Below are positions 1 through 12,762 of a stretch of DNA of 64,000 bases, in pieces. The number at the start of each line of letters is the position of its first letter. The stretch's first letter is position 1. Source of the DNA: Octopus sinensis (Eukaryota). The position numbers and the translations under genes were made by a program. The stretch spans positions 50,902,001-50,966,000 of the forward strand of contig NC_043014.1 of the NCBI RefSeq assembly GCF_006345805.1, in the 5' to 3' direction. The notes under the pieces are model-generated. The model ran no database searches and had not been told where the DNA came from. It was given only the letters and a program-made list of their open reading frames with translations.

Positions 1-185
1 TGCGTGCGTATATACAAAAATACATGCATAGAAACGCACGCACACACACACCACACACACACACATATATATATCTATTTAGAAATCGGGATCTACGTAT
101 TTATACGAATATATATCAAGTGGTACTATCTATATATATATATGTATAACACACACTCACATTCATATATATATATGTGTGTGTG

Positions 186-231
<46 letters not shown>

Positions 232-240
232 ATATATATA

Positions 241-652
241 TAAACATTATTGTGAATTGAAGAAATGGAGCTGAGCGCAGATTGAACAGAAATCGTTTTA
301 TTTCATTCTACACGTGTTTCGAAAGGCACAAATTACCAAATCCGATGAATAATGGGACTATATTGTGTCTTTCTCTTCAGAAAAAAAGGAAAAAATCCGT
401 TGGAAAAACAGTTTCGCCATGGGCTCTTAGGAGCATAGTTCGATTTGTTTTTGTTTTTGCTCCGCCTCTGTTCTGTTTTTGTTTTTCCAACGGATTTCCT
501 TTTTTCTTCCTGAAGAGAAAGACACAATATAGTCCCATTATTCAATCGGATTTTGGTAATTTGTGCCTTTCGAAACACGTGTAGAATGAAATAAAACGAT
601 TTCTGTTCAATCTGCGTTCAGCTCCATTTCTTCAATTCACCAATAATGTTTT
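241..652. mobile_element. Foldback/MITE-like element with ~170-bp inverted arms
   Basis: 241-410 (taaacattattgtgaattgaagaaatggagctg...ccgttggaaaaaca) is the reverse complement of ~480-652 (tgtttttccaacgg...cagctccatttcttcaattcaccaataatgttt) with few substitutions/indels; ~70-bp spacer; no ORF. Confidence 0.85.
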
Positions 653-850
653 AATTTCAATTATCCGCACCAACGCACGGTTGCAACGCCAGATGGTTGT
701 ACCTCCAACCGTGCTGTTTACTGCTGTGATTTTTGCTACTAAGGTATCGGTTAAACTTTTGATTAATCTACTACAAGATTATTCATCTTTCTATCTCACA
801 TATATATATATATATATATTATATATACATATGTGCGTGTGTGTGTATAT

Positions 851-1270
851 ACTCTTTCTCTTTTACTCTTTTACTTGTTTCAGTCATTTAACTGCGGCCA
901 TGCTGGAGCACCGCCTTTAGTCGAGCAAATCGACCCCGGGACTTATTCTTTGTAAGCCCAGTACTCATTCTATCGGTCTCTTTTGCCGAACCGCTAAGTG
1001 ACGGGAACGTAAACACACCAGCATCGGTTGTCAAGCAATGCTAGGGGGACAAACAGAGACACAGACACACATATATATATATATATATATATTATACATA
1101 TATACGACAGGCTTCTTTCAGTTTCCGTCTACCAAATCCACTCACAAGGCATTGGTCGGCCCGGGGCTATAGCAGAAGATACTTGCCCAAGATGCCACGC
1201 AGTGGGACTGAACCCGGAACCATGTGGCTTGTTAGCAAGCTACTTACCACACAGCCACTCCTGCGCCTAT
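851..1270 (-). mobile_element. tRNA-derived SINE family A, full length
   Basis: Minus strand: head ataggcgcaggagtggctgtgtggtaag (A box), GGTTCAGTCCC (B box), internal (TA/CA)n, tail ggcggtgctccagcatggccgcag...(AAAAGAGT)n; many copies in the window. Confidence 0.9.
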
Positions 1271-1290
1271 ATATAATATATATATATATA

Positions 1291-1635
1291 TGATTGATTG
1301 ATTGATTGATTGATTCTAGTTTCACAGCTTGAGCTGTGGCCATGCTGGGGCACCGCCATTTGGTGTTGCTACTTGGTTTCACTTCACGAAAGCTTTCTAG
1401 CAACTGCCATTTGGTGCATGAGAGTTCGATGCAGCTGCCCTCATCTGCCCCTCCTGCCGTGAAGTTGGTTCATCTGGGACACCTGACAGAAGAGATCCAG
1501 CTTCATTTTAAAGACATCTGCATCCACCCAATGCAGGTCTCTCAGGTTCTTCGGGAGGATTGAAGAGCTGTGGGCCTCGGAAGCCCAGGCTATCACAGAA
1601 TCTTGTCCTACATCTTGATGGCAAGTTTGGAGTCC
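1291..1635 (-). mobile_element. 3' end of a CR1/L2-group LINE (ORF2 C-terminus, 3' UTR, (ATCA)n tail), degraded
   Basis: Minus-strand translation across frameshifts: ...SLGFRGPQLFN.LPKNLRDLHWVDADVFKMKLDLF.SGVPDEP...RAAASNS, resembling the CR1/L2-group C-terminal pattern; followed by a short UTR and (ATCA)n at 1291-1315. Confidence 0.65.
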
Positions 1636-1641
1636 TATATA

Positions 1642-1700
<59 letters not shown>

Positions 1701-1747
1701 ATATAATATATATAATATATATATGTATATATATATATATAATGCAT

Positions 1748-1784
<37 letters not shown>

Positions 1785-2010
1785 GTTATACATATGCATA
1801 TATGGGTACAGAACGTCACCGACAGTAAATAACATGACATACGAAGACAAATGAGTTCAATACGCAAACAACGAGAGAAAAAATGGAAAACAGGGCAAGT
1901 AACATAAAAAACGACCCTTCATCTGTCATCTGTTGTCGGCTGTCTATCTACTCCTCATTTCGAGCATTGAACGACAAGTAAGTTTATATATATATATATA
2001 TATTATATAT

Positions 2011-2041
<31 letters not shown>

Positions 2042-3059
2042 TTATACATATACATGTATGTATATATATATTATATATATATATATACATACATGTAGAC
2101 ACACCACGCACTATTTCTCTGCCACCATTTACATTTTCTTCTATTTACTTATTTATCTCTGTAAGTACTTATCTATCTCTAGATACGCATCTCCGTTTCT
2201 CTACTCACTTCTTTGTCTGGCTCTCTTTCTTTCTCTCTATATTCTTAAATGTGTGCATGTGTGTATGTGTGCGCGTGTATGTGTGTACCAGCGTGTGTGT
2301 GTGTGTCTTTGTGCGCATGTATGTGTATTTAGTAGCGACTCAATAAAATGTCAAATGGCAAAGGAATGGAAAATTGCAAGTCGAATAAAGCTGCTTATCG
2401 ATTTGGAAAAGGGATTAATTCTAAAGCAAAACAGATGACCATTTATGAGAATGGCGTCATTCACACTATAGATAACTTTTCACCGAATTGTTCACTTCGC
2501 TATATGCCAGTCGCAGTAGATTCTTATACAAAGCAAATTTACTCTTCACTTTTTCGTTGTTTTTTTCTTTTCTAAAATTGAACACAAATATAAAAAGCAA
2601 AGCAAAATATATCACCATTGTAAATTCAGACCTGCATTATTTCGTATTGATTCTAGTGGCTTAAGAGATCGGTGAGGTCACTGTAATAATCATACTCTGC
2701 GGTTTACATTACTCCGGGAGATTTTAAAATTCTTTCTTCAATATCATCGGTGGAAAAGGGATTTTTGCATTTCATTTTGTATAAAACGATTGTAAAAAGA
2801 AAAAAAAACCGAAAGCAAGAAATACTGAAAAGGTAAAAAAATAAAAAAAAGTAAAGAATCTGAAATAAAAATTCAATGAAATAAATGTCGAAGAAAATAT
2901 TGCTAAGTTTCAGAAAGTTTTAGCTGAAGAAAAAAAAATAGAAGTGTCCAAAAATATATATAAAATGAAATAAAAGAGTAAATATATGTATATGTCATAT
3001 ATTTATGTATGTGTGTATATTTTTGCACATGTGCCTATACATAGACACACACACACACA

Positions 3060-3106
<47 letters not shown>

Positions 3107-3274
3107 TTATATATAGAGGACATTATTATACAAATATGCCACACGCATATATATATATATATACATGTTTACATATATATACATATATAAATACATTCAT
3201 ACGTATATATGTACATATATAATTTATTTGTGTATGCGAATATATATATATGTTTACATATATATATCTATATG

Positions 3275-3313
<39 letters not shown>

Positions 3314-3515
3314 TATATATATGTGTATATATCTATATATGTATATATATATTATATTTGTGTATATACATATTTGTGTATATGTATATGTACATATATA
3401 TATATATATATACATATATATATGTATATACATATATATATATACATATATATATAATATATATATATATTATATATATATATATATATAAACACACACA
3501 CACATACACACACGC

Positions 3516-3580
<65 letters not shown>

Positions 3581-4318
3581 TATATCAGCGTGAAAGTGCA
3601 GAGTAGGTAAAAGGAAAGAAATTCAAGAAAGAATTATTAAATAAATGCATGAAAAAGTAAAATAGTTTACGAGTATAAATAGCGAAATGTCGGACTTGCA
3701 GTGTTTATAGACTTCGGTAAGCAAAGTGTAAAGAACAGAAAATATTTGAGTAATTCCTTCGGTATGTATGTGTCTGCGTGCGAGTGCGAGTGTGAGTGTG
3801 TGTCCGAGAGTAAGTATGTGTGTGTGTGTGTTGGGGGGGGGATCTATGTTCATATATGTATGTGTCTGCACGTGTGAGGTGTGCGTGAGTGCGATGTTCG
3901 TATTTAAATCGAAAATTATTTTTCTTACCTCGTAAGTAAACGTAGCGGTTGGTTGACAAATAGTAAAAGAGAATAAAAAAAAACGAAAAAAAAATATCAA
4001 AATAAAAACAAGTTAAATAGCAGAAATAAACAAAAGATGATAATAAAAAAATAATATTATATGATAAAATAAATTATAAAAACAATGTCTAAACTGACAG
4101 ACAAAAAAAAACATACAATAACAAAATGTTATTTATTGTTAACGTAGCAAGTGAATGCATTTAAATGTGTTTTAAATCTAATCTGATTAACTTTCATATA
4201 TTGTGCCATGTGTTTTTATTATATTCTGTTATTTGGAGTTCGGCTCCTATTAACTTGGTTTACAGGGCAGTAGAAATAAAGGTAATATTGGTCTTTTAGT
4301 TCTTTTCCTTCTTTGTCC

Positions 4319-4360
<42 letters not shown>

Positions 4361-4605
4361 ACAACATGGAAATAGAGAGAAGTAGAAAATATAAATAAAG
4401 CGAAGTGGAAATTTAAGAACGGGATAGAAAAACAAAATTGCTAACAACAACGTGAACGATTTATCGCACAAGCGGAAGGAAATAAACTTACGGTGATTCC
4501 TAAATCGGGAAAGAAATCAAGTTAAGAAATAAAGACGTATATTAAGTAAATAGGAACTCAAACCATTGGTATCTCTCTCACTCTCTCTCTCTCTGTCTCT
4601 GCCTA

Positions 4606-4659
<54 letters not shown>

Positions 4660-4690
4660 CATACATATATATACAAATATGTATGTATAC

Positions 4691-4738
<48 letters not shown>

Positions 4739-5039
4739 GTGTGTGTATATATATACATATGTATGTATATATACATACATAATATATATTTATGTATGTA
4801 GCATGCATGCATGCATGTATGTATGTATGTACGTACGTGTGTATGTATATATGTATTGGTTTATGTGGTGGAAACGAAAATAGAAGTGGAATCACGAACG
4901 TAATACTCGTTTCTTATTAATAATCGGCAGAAGTAACTGAGTAACGGAAGGACCGAGGGTTTCGTGCACAATACGCTCGCCCTTAAGCCACTCTGAAATT
5001 CTGCCAAGTATTAATAACGACATATAAGGGATAAAAGGA

Positions 5040-5990
5040 AATAAAGTGCAGCTAAAGAAGATACTATAAAAGAAATAATTATAGACCAGCCCAGGGCTGA
5101 TGAAAATGCAGTAATGATTGAAAGAGTTAATGTAGCTGATAGGCAAAGTGAAATACTCTCTGAACCAATCACAAACACTACGGCAGATGAAAATTAAATA
5201 GATGAAGAAAGTCACACTGAAAGTGACCCTACAGAACTCCATGATCTAAAAAATCAAATCATGATTGAATGGCTGAAAAATGAAGAAACCGATATGAATG
5301 AACGTGACACTCTCCGCAAAATTAGCAATTCTAATCCAAACCTGAAAGTAATTGGTAAAATCCGCCTTGCACTTAAGTATATAATTTCAGCTAATAATGT
5401 TGATATTACAGATCCCAACTACTTCTACTATGTATCCGCGAATATCTCAACGATTCTATGTGGTGAATCGATTAGAAAACGACAACATTCCCACAAAAAG
5501 CCAACTTGGAAAGAGGGTATTCAACACAAAATTCAGCTACTTAGGTCTCACATAGTATGTTTAAAAAACCCTAAGTTTGGCAAGACTATCAAACCAACAA
5601 AAATCCGAAAATTAATGAAAGAATATATGAAAACCATATTTGACATACATACCACCATAGAAACCATCAAACAAAAGGTATTGCGCTAAATCTGCCTGCA
5701 TAGCAAGGTATGAAAAGATAGATGTGAATAGGCCAGACATGATATTGAAGGATCTGAAACAAAAATCATGTCTCCTCATAGATATTGGCCCATTCTGTTA
5801 GGACCTACCAAAAACTGAGCAAGTATGAATATCTTGAAAGAGAAATGGCCAAAATGTGAAACCTCAAGACTAAAAGAATATCTGTTGTTATATGTTCCGT
5901 AGGAATGACAGCAAAAGGGGCTGATTGCTACTTAGCTCAGATACCAAGAAACCCATAGATGGATCGTTTATGTCATGCCCCAAATAATTA
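5040..5990 (+). mobile_element. Internally deleted R4/Dong-like element (pre-RT region joined to the RLE domain, RT absent)
   Basis: ORF 5261-5689 (..PTWKEGIQHKIQLLRS...ETIKQKV) continues after a frameshift as AKSACIARYEK and runs directly into IDVNRPDMILKDLKQKSCLLID...KLSKYEYLE, an RLE PD..D..K motif. Assignment of the N-terminal part rests on recalled similarity. Confidence 0.65.
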
Positions 5991-6259
5991 TATCCATAAA
6001 CAGTGTCAAAATATTTTTAAAATTACATAACAGTAAACACCTTTCACTGTCATCTTAACATCAGACTATCATCATATCAAATTACTTTGAAAACAAACTT
6101 CTAATTTATTTATGTTTTCACAGACATTCTCTAGAACAATACTTAGTACAAAACCAAATATACAGCACCCTAGTCATAACAGTAGCTTGAATTACAAACT
6201 TGTCTCTTGACGTCTCTGGGCAGTCAACTTATACAAATACAAAGCAAAAGCCAAACAGT

Positions 6260-6287
6260 TAATAATAATAATGATAATAATAATAAT
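6260..6287 (+). repeat. (TAA)n tract at the 5' junction of the Dong-like element
   Basis: taataataataatgataataataataa immediately precedes tactggttgaaa (YWLK). Confidence 0.9.
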
Positions 6288-8522
6288 ACTGGTTGAAATA
6301 TCTAACAGGAATGCACAAAAAGCTGGCTGAAAACTTTAACAACGTACTAGCAGAGCCAGAGACAATGCCTGAATGGCTCACGAAGGGGAAAACCATCTTA
6401 ATTCCCAAATCAAATGAAACAACAAAACCAGAAAACTACAGACCAATAACCTGCCTCCGTACTATGTTCAAGGCATTTACTGCAGTGATATCGCAAAGGC
6501 TGAACAAGCACCTGGACGAAAACAAACTGTTCCCAGAAGAGCAGAAAGGATGCCGCAAGGGCTCATATGGCTGTAAAGATCAACTAATGATTAATAAAGC
6601 CGTAACTGAAGACAGCCACAGAAAGAAGAAAGGCCTCAGTATGGCCTGGATTGACTACAAAAAGGCGTTTGATAGCATCCCCCACACATGGATCCTCGAA
6701 ACACTAGCCATTAACAAAGTAGCACCAACAATCATAAAATTCATAGAGCACTCTATGAATAAATGGCAAACAGTCCTACACCTCCAAACAAAAGAGGGAC
6801 TCATGAAAACCAAAGACATCCCCATTAGAAGAGGAATATTCCAGGGAGACACGCTCTCTCCACTCCTTTTCTGCCTGGCACTGTCACCTCTATCTGATAT
6901 GCTAAATAGAACTGGATGCGGATATAAATGTTACGGCAAAACGATCAGCCACCTTTTATATATGGATGACCTAAAACTATACGCTGCAAATGACAAACAG
7001 CTGGAAACACTATTAAAGACAGTTCATGGATTTACCAAAGAAATAGATATGAAATTTGGATTAGAAAAATGCGCCAAAGTAACCATGAAAAGAGGAAAAA
7101 ACTAGTTAAGAGTAACAACATCACACTAGATAAAACCAATGAAATAAAAGAATTAGACCAAAGCCAAACTTACAAATACTTAGGAATCCATGAACTAGAT
7201 AAGACACAACACACACAAATGAAAGAGAAAATAAAAAAAGAATATTATAGACGAGTTAGATCAATACTAAAAACAGAGCTCAATGCTAAAAACAAGATAA
7301 TAGGTATCAACACTTTAGCTATCCCAGTTATAAGTTACAGCTACAATATCCTTAACTGGACACGAAATGAACTGTCCAAAATAGATAGGAAAACAAGAAA
7401 AATACTGACAGGATCTAGGATGCATCACCCAAAATCTGACATAGAAAGACTATATATACAACGTATAGAAGGTGGTAGAGGCCTTATACAGCTGGAAAAC
7501 TACTATAAAATAACCACCATAGGACTGCAAAAATACCTACTTCAGAAGGAAGGAAAACTGATCCAGATAGCAGCAAAACACGAGCAAAACAAAAAACTGT
7601 TCTCAGTATTTAAGGAAGCTGACAAATACAAACAAGAAATCATACCACCTAATAAACACAAAGAAGAAGAAGAAGATGATGAAGAAACAACAAAAGCTAT
7701 AAAACAAATGAAATCCAAACTAAAAATAGAACAGCAACGAGCCATGATAAAACGATGGCAAGAAAAACCCCTTCATGGTAAATACTGCACTAAACTAAAC
7801 GCAAAAGAAATAGACAAAGAAAAATCCCAGCAATGGTTGAGAAGCTCAGGACTCAAAGCAGAAACAGAGGGATTTTTAATTGCAGCACAAGACCAAAGCC
7901 TCCCCACCAGAAATTACCAAAAACATGTAATGAAAAGAAATATTACAAGTAACTGCAGAATATGTGGAGATGGACAAGAAACAATAAATCATATTATCTC
8001 TAGCTGCCCAGTCCTGGCTAAGAAGGAATATATTCACAGACATGACAGAGTTGGAACCTACATACATTGGAAGCTATGCCAACATTATGGAATAATAACA
8101 GAAAAAAGATGGTATAGGCACACACCAGAAAAGGTCACAGAAAACGAGAAAGCAACCATACTCTGGGATATGCCGATACACACAGATAGAGAAATTAAGG
8201 CCAACAGACCAGATATAGTTGTCAGAGATCATGAAGAAAAAAAATGCTTTCTAATTGATGTATCAATACCGGCTGATGACAACGTGTCTCTAAAAGAAAT
8301 GGAGAAACTCTCAAAATACAAAGACCTGGAAATAGAGGTAACCAGAATGTGGAATCTGAAAACAGAAACAATTCCTATCATAGTAGGTGCATTAGGCATG
8401 ATAAAAAAATATTCAGACAAATACATAACAAAACACCAGGACTTACAAACACATATAACATACAGAAAATTGCACTACTAGGCACTGCACACATCCTACG
8501 CAGAACACTTTCCATACAATAA
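6288..8522 (+). pseudogene. Dong-like RT-RLE polyprotein frame with two frameshifts and no native start
   Basis: ORF track 6293-7105 and 7069-8481; frameshifts in A runs at 7096-7101 and 8430-8433. The corrected frame ends ITKTPGLTNTYNIQKIALLGTAHILRRTLSIQ* (TAA 8520-8522). Confidence 0.9.
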
Positions 8523-8616
8523 CCATCAGAGCATCACAACAAATCACAGCACATACCCAAGGCACACAGAGCTGCGCTCGGTAGTGAAGTGAAAGCACGC
8601 TATAACAATAAAACTA

Positions 8617-8620
<4 letters not shown>
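6288..8620 (+). mobile_element. R4/Dong-clade non-LTR retrotransposon, 5'-truncated, young (RT, CCHC finger, restriction-like endonuclease, ~100-nt 3' UTR)
   Basis: RT motifs YRPITCL, EQKGC, WIDYKKAFDS, GIFQGDTLSPLLF, YMDD (6959-6970); C-x2-C-x8-H-x4-C (CRICGDGQETINHIISSC); RHD; RPDIVV..D..K..KYKDL; ends ctactga at 8620 followed by (TAA)n. Confidence 0.95.
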
Positions 8621-8655
<35 letters not shown>

Positions 8656-8704
8656 TATAATAATAATTATAATAATAATAATAATTACTAATAATAATAA
8701 TAAT
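8621..8704 (+). repeat. (TAA)n array at the 3' junction of the Dong-like element
   Basis: Direct reading of the sequence. Confidence 0.95.
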
Positions 8705-8739
8705 CATCTATTGTACTGCAAGCAAAAAGCCAAAAATTT

Positions 8740-8900
8740 TGAGGGATGTTGTCCAGCCGATTAGAGCGCACCAGTACGCAACTGGTACTTAATTTATCGA
8801 CATCGAAAGGATGAAAGGCAAAGTCGATCTCGGCGGAATTTGAACTCTGATCGTAAAACATTTCGCTAAGCAATTTGCCCGGCGTGCTAACGTTTCTGTC
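8740..8900 (-). mobile_element. SINE family B, partial/diverged
   Basis: aactggtacttaatttatcgac...ggatgaaaggcaaagtcga.ctcggcggaatttgaactc...cccggcgtgctaacgtttctg matches the copies at 13999 and 17500. Confidence 0.85.
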
Positions 8901-8904
8901 TGCA

Positions 8905-9730
8905 AGAAAAGAATGCATGGACAATTTTATAATGATGCTGAAGATAAAACAAAGAAAAAAGATGGCTACGAGTGACAAAAATTAATTTAAAACCGGTCTC
9001 GCCGGGTTTAATCTGTGCTGCCCAAGAGCAAACATTAAGAAACAATTGCATCAAATAGACAACACATCAGAAAGAGATAAGCGCAGAATTTGTGGACAAA
9101 ATGGGGAAACCGTATGGCACATTACCAGTCAATGTATACCACTGGCCCAGAGAGAATGTAAGATACGTTATGACAATATAGCAAGGATTGTTCATTGGAC
9201 ACTTTGCAACAAGTATGGATTTGACAGAGCAAAAAAGTGGTACGACCACAAACCCAGAGGTATCATCGAAAACGATTTTGCGAAGATCTTACGGGGTTTT
9301 ATGATTCAGTGTGACCATAACATAGAGAATAGGAAACCAGACATAGCGTTAATTGAGAAAAAAAAGCAAACAATGTTAGATCATAAATATTAAATACCCA
9401 GCTGACAACAATTTATGCAATAAGAAAGAAAAGTCGATAGATGTAACAGGTTAGCTTGGGAGGTTAAGCATTTGTGGTTGATGAAAAAGGTGGTAGTAGC
9501 ACCAGTATTTGTCGGAGCTCTGGGAACAGCGATTAAGAATCTTGAGAAGTACATGGAACAAATAGGGACTGCAATAAGGGTGGAGCTCTTGCGAAATAGA
9601 GCACTGTTTGTAACCGCTCGAATTATCCGGAAGGTCCTCGAAAAATAAGGTTGTGTTACCTTAGTTCACTGGTAGTGAACAGCTGACACCTTAGTGCATC
9701 TCTAGCGTTAGAAGCTGTGCAAAGACAATA
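8905..9730 (+). mobile_element. Degraded 3' fragment of a second R4/Dong subfamily
   Basis: KRMHGQF..., LICAAQEQ, RICGQNGETVWHITSQCIPLAQREC..RYDNIARIVHW, RKPDIALI, VVVAPVFVGALG; followed by a TAA-like tract near 9735. Confidence 0.85.
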
Positions 9731-10170
9731 CAATTATAATAATAAGATTATTATAACAATGACCACAATAATAATCAGGTACTAGTGTATGTGATCTGAC
9801 TTCATTTATACATATTCTGTTGCTACTAAATCGTTGTTTGTTTGAAAGCTTTTACTATATCAGTTGAATGTCGATAAATCACAGCCACAGAGGTGAAATA
9901 GCGAGCAATCTATTGCTTTGTCAATTAATAAATGTAAAAAAGATCCGCAATAAGATGGTAGATTCTGGTTTTCACCTCATTATGTTTTATATAAAGCGTT
10001 CTGTGTTCGTAATTGTTTTTTTGATCGGATCATGAATAATAACAAATCAACATAGACGACAACCGAACTAATAAGTGTTGGCATCGAATGGCAGATAATA
10101 ATAATTTAGAATTTGATGTTTTATTTTATTCTTTGGCAGAGTGTAGTTTGTATACAATTATATATATATA

Positions 10171-10347
10171 GGGAGAATTCACAAAAAAAAACAGAAGACG
10201 AAGACGAAGACAGGTGGTGTAGACAACAAACATATGTATTAGTATATCGCTCGGGAAGTGAAAGTCTTTAACGTTTCGAGCCTATGCCCTTCCACAAAGG
10301 AACACAGAAAGAAACAAAGAGAGAAAGTAAAGAATGTGTAGTGGCTA
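10171..10347 (-). mobile_element. Short Penelope-type terminal segment with a degenerate hammerhead-like motif (10264-10300)
   Basis: Bounded by (TA)n; homologous to 43232-43350; minus strand reads ..A GGGC ATAG GCTC GAAAC GTT AAAG with a damaged core. Confidence 0.55.
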
Positions 10348-10354
10348 GCGATCT

Positions 10355-10460
<106 letters not shown>

Positions 10461-10464
10461 ATTA

Positions 10465-10496
<32 letters not shown>

Positions 10497-10511
10497 CATA
10501 TATATATATAC

Positions 10512-10567
<56 letters not shown>

Positions 10568-10813
10568 TATAACACTGTGCATAGTGTTCTTATACTTGTG
10601 TGCTGAGGTAGTTCGACATGTGGGATCATTATTTCATCTTTCTGCGGAATTTGTGTGCCATGTGTGTTCGCGTATAGGAAGGGGGTTATCGCTGGTAGGA
10701 TTATCGTCGCAGATATGAGCTCTTCTCTGCAATCTTTGAGTGTAAAATATTGCTTGTGTATTCAGGGAGAGAAGGCTTAATTCATAATGTTTAGGATTTT
10801 CGCTGTTTAATTA

Positions 10814-11042
10814 TTCAGTAATACTGAGTTTGCATTTGGCGCCCCGTCCTCTGTATTTTTTGGCTTTGAAAATAATTTCCTGTTCTATCTGGGGGTTGTT
10901 TATTCTACCTCCTTTCAATGGACCATATTTGTCAGGGATGTTGTATGTTTTTTTCGTTTTTGCCTCTGAATGACATCTGATGTTGTTTATACCTTTCCTT
11001 GAACAAATTGCCAGTCATTCCGATATTCGTCTTTGCTATTCC
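10814..11042 (-). pseudogene. GIY-YIG endonuclease remnant of a Penelope-like element
   Basis: Minus-strand translation with frameshifts: KTNIGMTGNLFKERYKQHQMSFR...TTSLT...IEQEIIFKAKKYRGRGAKCKLSITE, matching the PLE pattern YIGxT..FKxRY..H..SF....TxL.....W.II.KA..Y....C.LC..E. Confidence 0.7.
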
Positions 11043-11339
11043 GTTGGGGTCCGCGATCTTGGAACAGATATAGGGAACAGATGATAGTCATATGGAGACA
11101 AAGCAGGATCAGCCCGTTCAAAGCCACATCCAAGCACAGCAGTCAATGAAACCAAGTTGCTTTTGAAGTGTTCTTTGAACAGCCAGATATCTGTTTGTAT
11201 GGGAAAAAACCAATAGTTATTAATGAGATGACTTGAAATTAATGCATGCAGGATGTTACAGCTCTAGCATCATTCCTTCAGAGCCAGCCTAAGAACTTTC
11301 AGCCTCTCCTCGTATTCTGCCAACGTTCCCAGTTCTGTA

Positions 11340-11500
11340 CAAAAGGTTTCCTCTTCTCAATCCTCCGCAGAACGTCAACGATCTGATATTTCTTCCCCTT
11401 CCATTTTACTCTTACAATAACCACGCAGCGAATTAACTCTGTAATTATATCCTTATTTCTCTAAGTATAAACACTTCCTGCATTGCATGGACCTATGGAG
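11340..11500 (-). pseudogene. Possible degraded APE endonuclease fragment of an L1/Tx1-type LINE
   Basis: NAG/VFIL then ITELIRCVVIVRVKWKGKKYQIVDV...RKPF resembles the APE strand pattern; catalytic residues not seen. Confidence 0.3.
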
Positions 11501-12762
11501 GCCAAGGATAACCTGAAAGAAAAAATATCATCGCAACCAATACTTGGCTCTGTAAAGAATCTCAATCCAATGGGAAAAGAGTAGACATAGGAGGTGTATG
11601 CAAAAGTAACTCTGCGTAGTCTGTCGTTGCTGGTTCGTGTAATCTTCACCCAGTCTGGTACGGTGCTTGCAACATACACAGCTTAGGGCAAAATTAGAAT
11701 ATATGGATGGAATTACTTAACACCTCCTCTCATAACGTCCACAATCTATGTAACTATAGCCACAGCATATTTAATATATGCTTATTTATTTATTCGTTTA
11801 TGTATTGTTATATTTTCAATTAGGATTTAACGTTTTCCATTGCAAAATATGCATGTGATAGCCTGGAGTGAAATCCTGTGAGAGATTTACCGCTAGAAAG
11901 CTTTGGTTTCACTATTGAAATCAAATCGGTGCATCAAGTGTAATGCACGCATTGTTCCAGAAAATATTTAGCTTTTAACGTTTGTATCGATCTGTGTCAA
12001 ATGATTTATTCTATTTCCAATTTGTATAAATTTCAATATAATTTTCAGTTACTTAAATAATGCTCAAGCATACGCCATGACTATCAAGAGACTATTATCC
12101 CCTTCACTAAATCCCGATGCCGGGTGTCTAATTGGAAAATACAACGGTAAATTACACACTAAACACGATGATTGTATCACAGCCAAATAAATACGGAACC
12201 AAACAGCGTTTGTTCGTAGATTGCAAAGCAAGAGGAGGAATGCCATTGAATATTGGAAAAGTGTTTTGTGTTCATTAGAATTGAGGATATTTCAAATCTG
12301 CATTTATATCCTGATAGAATCGATTATATTTCGAATTTAAACTGTTTATCAGGTGATTCGTTTAGTGTAGTGTAATAAATAATCTACATCTCATTGATTT
12401 TTTACAATTCAGTTAAAGGAATGGGTGATCACAAAGGTATAGGAATACCTGTGTTGTTGAGTGATTAACATTTGAACTACGTCGTTTCGATTTCGAATCT
12501 CCTGCACAGCACCTGAGAGAATCACGAAATGGTTATCCTACCATTACTATCATTAGATTAACCAATATTTTATAACTGGAACAGGCGGCAGGAAGAAGAC
12601 AAATGCCTTTTCTTGGCTTACACACACACATACGTACATTCATACACACATACACGCATACATATACACATACATACATACACGCATGCAACATAGGTTC
12701 CTGATTTATTAAAATTATTGCTGTCTCTGTACAAGATATATATATATATATATATATATATA

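Noticed and set aside
1800-1985. TA-flanked ~180-bp island with gctcgaaat and gatgaaggg on the minus strand, as a further hammerhead
   Set aside because: GAAA precedes the core-like segment, the core reads CAGAUGA, and I could not close the stems; probably a repeat but not a supportable ribozyme.
4940-5010. tRNA-like minus-strand segment agagtggcttaagggcg...ggtccttcc
   Set aside because: Only an A-box-like fragment; no B box or cloverleaf.
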